Source of the DNA: a virus
Direction: 5' to 3' (one strand)
Virus record (IMG/VR): IMGVR_UViG_3300019373_000002
DNA: 49,089 nt
In this document: positions 45,539 to 49,089 of the stretch, piece after piece
Position numbering within the stretch: the first letter of the stretch is position 1
Layout: every line of letters starts with the position of its first letter
Program-made: the position numbers and the translations under genes
The notes under the pieces: generated by a model
Databases searched by the model: none
Told to the model about the DNA's origin: nothing
The model's input: only the letters and a program-made list of their open reading frames with translations

Positions 45539-46618
45539 ATGGCAAACACAGTTGACAAGGTAATAAATGTGGCAGCCGCAGAAGTGGGGTATCTGGAAAA
45601 ATCAGCGGCAGCATACAAGAAAAATCCGGCAATCCTTGACGAAAAAACAGCCGGGGCAGGGTCGGACAATTACACAAAATATGGGCGTGATATGCACAAA
45701 GTATATCCGGCTATTATGGACTTTCCGGCGTATTGGTGTGACGCATTTGTTGACTGGTGCTTTTATAAGGCATACGGCGTGGCAAATGCAAAAGGGCTGC
45801 TGGGCGGCAATTTTGATGATTACACGGTGGCGAGTGCGGGGCTTTACAAGAATAAAGGCGCACTGGGGACAGAACCCAGAAAGGGCGCACAAGTATTCTT
45901 CACAAGAAACGGGCAGACAAGCGGTTGCCACCATACCGGGCTTGTGTATGCGGTTGACGCAACATATTTCTACACGATTGAGGGCAACACATCCGGCGCA
46001 AGTGGCGTTATAGCAAACGGCGGCGGGGTGGCAAAAAAGAAATACAGCATATCAGCATACAAAGGCAAGGTCATTTTTGGTTATCCGAAATATGACGAAA
46101 GCACCGGGACCGGCACAAGCCAGACAGCAAAGAAGACCGCTGCGGAAGTGGCGCAGGAAATAGCAGACGGAAAAGGCGGCTGGGGCAACAATCCACAGAG
46201 AGCCGAAAAGCTGAAAGCGGCAGGGTACAACCCGGACGAAGTGCAAAAGCTGGTCAATGCGATTTATGCCGGACAGAAGACGCAGAGCAGCACCGGGACA
46301 ACCGCAAAGGCTGAAACGGTTTACACCGTGAAAAAGGGTGACACGCTTTCAAAGATTGCAGCAGCACACGGCACTACATGGCAGACGCTGGCAAGCTATA
46401 ACGGCATTGCAAATGCAAATAATATCAGCGTGGGGCAGAAAATCAAGATACCCGGCAGCGGGACCCGTACTTATACAGTGAAGCAGGGTGACAGCTTGTG
46501 GGCGATTGCTGAAAAGCAGCTGGGTGACGGTAGCCGATACAATGAGATTAAGACCTTGAACGAGCTGAAATCAAATGTTATCAACAAAGGGCAAGTGCTG
46601 AAATTGCCCGCAAAATAA
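45539..46618 (+). CDS. Endolysin: CHAP-type amidase/peptidase with two C-terminal LysM domains
   Basis: [10 protein letters not shown] (catalytic Cys context) and [15 protein letters not shown]. The two LysM repeats are [13 protein letters not shown].. and [13 protein letters not shown].. Confidence 0.8.
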   Translation: MANTVDKVINVAAAEVGYLEKSAAAYKKNPAILDEKTAGAGSDNYTKYGRDMHKVYPAIMDFPAYWCDAFVDWCFYKAYGVANAKGLLGGNFDDYTVASAGLYKNKGALGTEPRKGAQVFFTRNGQTSGCHHTGLVYAVDATYFYTIEGNTSGASGVIANGGGVAKKKYSISAYKGKVIFGYPKYDESTGTGTSQTAKKTAAEVAQEIADGKGGWGNNPQRAEKLKAAGYNPDEVQKLVNAIYAGQKTQSSTGTTAKAETVYTVKKGDTLSKIAAAHGTTWQTLASYNGIANANNISVGQKIKIPGSGTRTYTVKQGDSLWAIAEKQLGDGSRYNEIKTLNELKSNVINKGQVLKLPAK

Positions 46619-46635
46619 ATCTGGAGGAAAGAAGA

Positions 46636-47193
46636 ATGGACAATAAAACACTTTTTACAATCATTTATGCAGTTGTGACAGTGGCGGCGTTCCTTGTCGG
46701 AAAATATGTTTTTCCGAAAGTGCCGCAGGATATGAAAGACAAGTTGAACCTACTTGCAGACTGGGCGGCAAAATTTGTTATCTGGGCAAAAGAATTTCTT
46801 GACAAGAAAACCGGGGCTGAAAAGATGGCTGCGGTTGTCGAACAGCTGAAACGCATTGCAGATGAAGCAGGAATTGAAGTGACAGAAGAACAGCTGAAAG
46901 CGATTGCACAAGCAGCCTATGAAGCAATGAAAGCAGGGGAAGCAGAAGCAATCCCAGCGCAGCTGGAAGCGGTCACAGCACAGCCAGCGGCAACGGTTGT
47001 GATTAACACCACAGCAGAGAAAGTGGCGATTGCAACAGATAATGTGCCGGATGGGGCATTGCAGGAAAACCCAGACGGGACAGTGAACACCTATGACGCA
47101 GACGGGAACAAAACGGGGACGATTTCAGCAGAAGAAGCGAAAAAAGCCGCCAGCAATGTTGGAGTAATTGTGGCAAAGGAAGACAACGAATAA
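46636..47193 (+). CDS. Holin, LL-H-family-like
   Basis: An N-terminal TM helix followed by LNLLADWAAKFVIWAKEF..KTGAEKMAAVVEQLK..GIEVTEEQLKAIAQAAYEAMK. Confidence 0.55.
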   Translation: MDNKTLFTIIYAVVTVAAFLVGKYVFPKVPQDMKDKLNLLADWAAKFVIWAKEFLDKKTGAEKMAAVVEQLKRIADEAGIEVTEEQLKAIAQAAYEAMKAGEAEAIPAQLEAVTAQPAATVVINTTAEKVAIATDNVPDGALQENPDGTVNTYDADGNKTGTISAEEAKKAASNVGVIVAKEDNE

Positions 47194-47233
47194 TTTGACC
47201 GCTGGAGGGGCTGACAGCCCCACAGACAGACGG

Positions 47234-47271
47234 AAAGACCGCAAGTGTAAAAATATATGCTTGCGGTCTTT
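47234..47271. terminator. Bidirectional rho-independent terminator between convergent genes
   Basis: AAAGACCGCAAG (47234..47245) pairs with CTTGCGGTCTTT (47260..47271) around a 14-nt loop. Its A-run and T-run ends let it work on either strand. Confidence 0.7.
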
Positions 47272-47296
47272 TTGCGTTTCTGGGCGTTTCTGGGGC

Positions 47297-47494
47297 TTAT
47301 TCTGCGGCGGGTATCAATTCATAGTCCGCAGCTTCTTTCTGGGATAATTCCCGGCTATACTCAATATACCCCCATGCTTCACGCTGGATTTCCGGGCAGA
47401 ACTGGCGGTGGTCGAAATTTACAATGTTTTCTGCGCCGTTCCGGGGATATGTGCCGATACTGACCGGGCGCATGATACTATAATACTTTTTCAT
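47297..47494 (-). CDS. Small hypothetical protein (65 aa), - strand cassette gene 3
   Basis: An AGGTGA RBS lies 4 to 6 nt upstream. No motif confidently recognised. Confidence 0.55.
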   Translation of the reverse strand: MKKYYSIMRPVSIGTYPRNGAENIVNFDHRQFCPEIQREAWGYIEYSRELSQKEAADYELIPAAE

Positions 47495-47509
47495 GATTTC
47501 ACCTACTTT

Positions 47510-47719
47510 CTAAACAATCTCAAAGTGTATATGTTCAAATACAAGCGTTGCCCCGGTATTTGGCGCACCGGGCAGCAGATATTCAAAGCAGAACGCTTCC
47601 CCAGCTTCACAAACCTTGCCGTCATGTTCGTGGCGGCGCATTGTCTTTCCGGCATAGTCCGGGTGATTGTTCACGATATTTGACCATTGTTTTTTGCTGA
47701 CCTTATACATTTTAGACAC
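47510..47719 (-). CDS. Small hypothetical protein (69 aa), - strand cassette gene 2
   Basis: AGGTG RBS. It shares the upstream context GAAAGTAGGTG with gene 3. Confidence 0.55.
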   Translation of the reverse strand: MSKMYKVSKKQWSNIVNNHPDYAGKTMRRHEHDGKVCEAGEAFCFEYLLPGAPNTGATLVFEHIHFEIV

Positions 47720-47772
47720 CTACTTTCTTTTTTTGATAGAGGGGCGGCGCAGCTGCCGCCCCGGTTGATGGT

Positions 47773-47997
47773 TTATGCTGAAAGCATAGGACACATTGAG
47801 TATTGACCCAGAGGAAACACCGTTTCAGTGTTTCTGTATTCAGAATATTTCTTGCTGATACGGCACTTCTTTGTTTCCTTGCCGTCTGAAAGTGTGACGG
47901 TCTGGGCAGTCCGTGCAATCACGGTGTATGTCCATGTGCAGTTGTGGTCACAAATGCTTGTCATGCTGTATGTGCTGCTGATTTCAAATTTCTTCAT
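47773..47997 (-). CDS. Small hypothetical protein (74 aa), - strand cassette gene 1
   Basis: A GGAGGT RBS lies 7 nt upstream of the ATG. Divergent from the RHH gene. Confidence 0.55.
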   Translation of the reverse strand: MKKFEISSTYSMTSICDHNCTWTYTVIARTAQTVTLSDGKETKKCRISKKYSEYRNTETVFPLGQYSMCPMLSA

Positions 47998-48048
47998 ATC
48001 CTTGTACCTCCGATTGATTTAATGCGTTGTTCCTTTAACTGTCTTTAT

Positions 48049-48162
48049 TATACTTCCGTAAGTATAGAAATACAACCCGGAATGTTGCACAAATATACTT
48101 CCGTAAGATTATGCAAAATTTATACTTCCGTAAGTTTGGGAAATGTGATATACTTACGGAAA
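48049..48162 (+). promoter_or_regulatory. Cluster C of the TATACTTCCGTAAG motif (3 copies) plus one variant TATACTTACGGAAA
   Basis: Motif copies at 48049..48062, 48094..48107 and 48121..48134; the variant is at 48149..48162. All lie in the divergent intergenic region between the - strand cassette and the RHH gene. Confidence 0.7.
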
Positions 48163-48190
48163 ACAAACATTGAAAGAGAGGTGACAGAAG

Positions 48191-48460
48191 ATGGCAAGTG
48201 ATAAGAAGACGGCAGCGCAGCAGGAAAGCAACAAGCCGTATCAGATACCCAGAGGACCAGCGGCAACGGTGGCAAAGAACAAATACCGTGATAAGAACTA
48301 TGACCGGGCAGAACTGGCACTGCCAAAGGGGATGAAAGCGGCAGTGAAGAAGATTGCAGACCAGCAGGGGCAGTCATTCAATGAATATGTTACAGTGGCA
48401 ATCAAAGAGAAAGCAGAGAGGGACACCGGGGAGGAATTGACATGGGAGAAAGACAGCTGA
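48191..48460 (+). CDS. Ribbon-helix-helix (Arc/CopG/MetJ-type) DNA-binding protein
   Basis: DRAELALPKGMKAAVKKIADQQGQSFNEYVTVAIKEKAER fits a strand-helix-helix layout. 89 aa. Confidence 0.6.
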   Translation: MASDKKTAAQQESNKPYQIPRGPAATVAKNKYRDKNYDRAELALPKGMKAAVKKIADQQGQSFNEYVTVAIKEKAERDTGEELTWEKDS

Positions 48461-48879
48461 TTGACATATTGGCAGCGGTGCTGGATGATGAAGACTGCGT
48501 GAATTTGATTTGCGGAATACCAGATGTGGAAGCAATGCGGACAGTGCCGGAGAAATACTGGCAATATTATGACCACCCATCTAAATTTGAGTGGAACAGA
48601 AGAACGCTGGAAAGTTGTAGCAAAGAAAAACTGCTTGAAATGTATATGCAGTGGAAAACATACGGGCAGAAAGAAGACAACGAAAGCAAAGCGGAAGTGT
48701 TAAGCGATACGCAAAACAAAAATTGTTTCTTCAAATGCCAAAAGTGCAATTATAACCGCATAGCAAAAGAAGATGTATTTTGCCCCAGCTGCGGAAGACG
48801 GCTGATATTTGACAAAATGCCAAAGGTAAAGCCGGGGGTTTACGCAAAGATTGTGAGTGCTGCAACAAGTTGTGAATAA
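48442..48879 (+). CDS. Hypothetical protein with a C-terminal zinc ribbon
   Basis: CQKCN....CPSCGRRL. It overlaps the RHH gene by 19 nt. Confidence 0.45.
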   Translation: MGERQLIDILAAVLDDEDCVNLICGIPDVEAMRTVPEKYWQYYDHPSKFEWNRRTLESCSKEKLLEMYMQWKTYGQKEDNESKAEVLSDTQNKNCFFKCQKCNYNRIAKEDVFCPSCGRRLIFDKMPKVKPGVYAKIVSAATSCE

Positions 48880-48966
48880 CTGCTGGGGATAATGTGGATA
48901 AAATAAGCCCCAAAAACCTTATAAATAAAGGGCTGGGGCTAATGGAGTACAAAGTTAAGAAATACC

Positions 48967-49089
48967 CCCGTAATAATTAAATTTGTGTTCCATAGGCTGA
49001 CAAAAGAAAATAGGCTTTCAACCTATGCTTGCATAAACTACGGGGAAGCCTACGCCCCGGAAGAAATAGCAGACCGCAGCATTGTGATA
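48967..49089. repeat. Terminal direct repeat, copy 2
   Basis: Identical to 1..123. Confidence 0.9.

Larger units (their letters stand above)
1..48966 (+). mobile_element. Complete temperate tailed-phage genome (contractile tail, lambda-like head), one circular unit
   Basis: Contains integrase, repressor, terminase, portal, capsid, sheath, tube, baseplate and lysis modules. Bases 1..123 repeat exactly at 48967..49089. Confidence 0.85.

Noticed and set aside
3808-48162. The ATACTTCCGTAAG clusters as CRISPR arrays or miniature transposable elements.
   Set aside because: The repeats are only 13 to 14 bp long, come three per locus with irregular spacing, and have no cas genes, terminal inverted repeats or target-site duplications.
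1-49089. tRNA, rRNA, tmRNA or CRISPR features.
   Set aside because: While reading both strands I noticed no cloverleaf-like conserved T-loop (GGTTCGAATCC-type) segments and no regular repeat-spacer arrays. I could not run a dedicated scan (tRNAscan-type), so this is not an exhaustive exclusion.

Overview
The window is one complete temperate tailed-phage genome. Bases 1..123 are identical to 48967..49089, so the unit is about 48,966 bp and was probably assembled as a circle. Almost all genes are on the + strand, are tightly packed or overlapping, and have AGGAGG-type ribosome-binding sites (Firmicutes-like).

Modules in order:
- Lysogeny module on the - strand: large serine integrase, SWIM zinc-finger protein and cI-like repressor, followed by a three-operator switch.
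- Early and replication region: HUH Rep-like initiator, membrane-anchored lytic transglycosylase, ASCH protein, metallopeptidase-like protein, HD hydrolase, VRR-NUC nuclease, ParA, a ParB fusion and two orphan C5 DNA methyltransferases.
- A sigma-like late regulator.
- Lambda-like packaging and head module: two small-terminase-like genes, GpA terminase, gpW, lambda-type portal, ClpP-like protease, Big_2 decoration protein and gpE-like capsid.
- P2/PBSX-like contractile tail and baseplate, including a -1 frameshifted chaperone.
- A diversity-generating retroelement (DGR) at the end of the tail-fibre module.
- Lysis cassette.
- A three-gene - strand cassette and a ribbon-helix-helix (RHH) gene.

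Most notable observations:
- A complete DGR (target gene with VR, avd, TR, RT) whose TR/VR differences are all at TR adenines.
- A 13-bp motif, ATACTTCCGTAAG, present in nine perfect same-strand copies arranged as three intergenic triplets.
- A G9 homopolymer that frameshifts one methyltransferase.
- Four TATTTCCC-type boxes in 10-bp phase, plus a terminator, inside the head operon.
- ParAB and a Rep-like gene coexisting with an integrase.

I recognised no rRNA, tRNA or CRISPR array. All protein calls come from motifs read by eye in the supplied translations; no searches were run.
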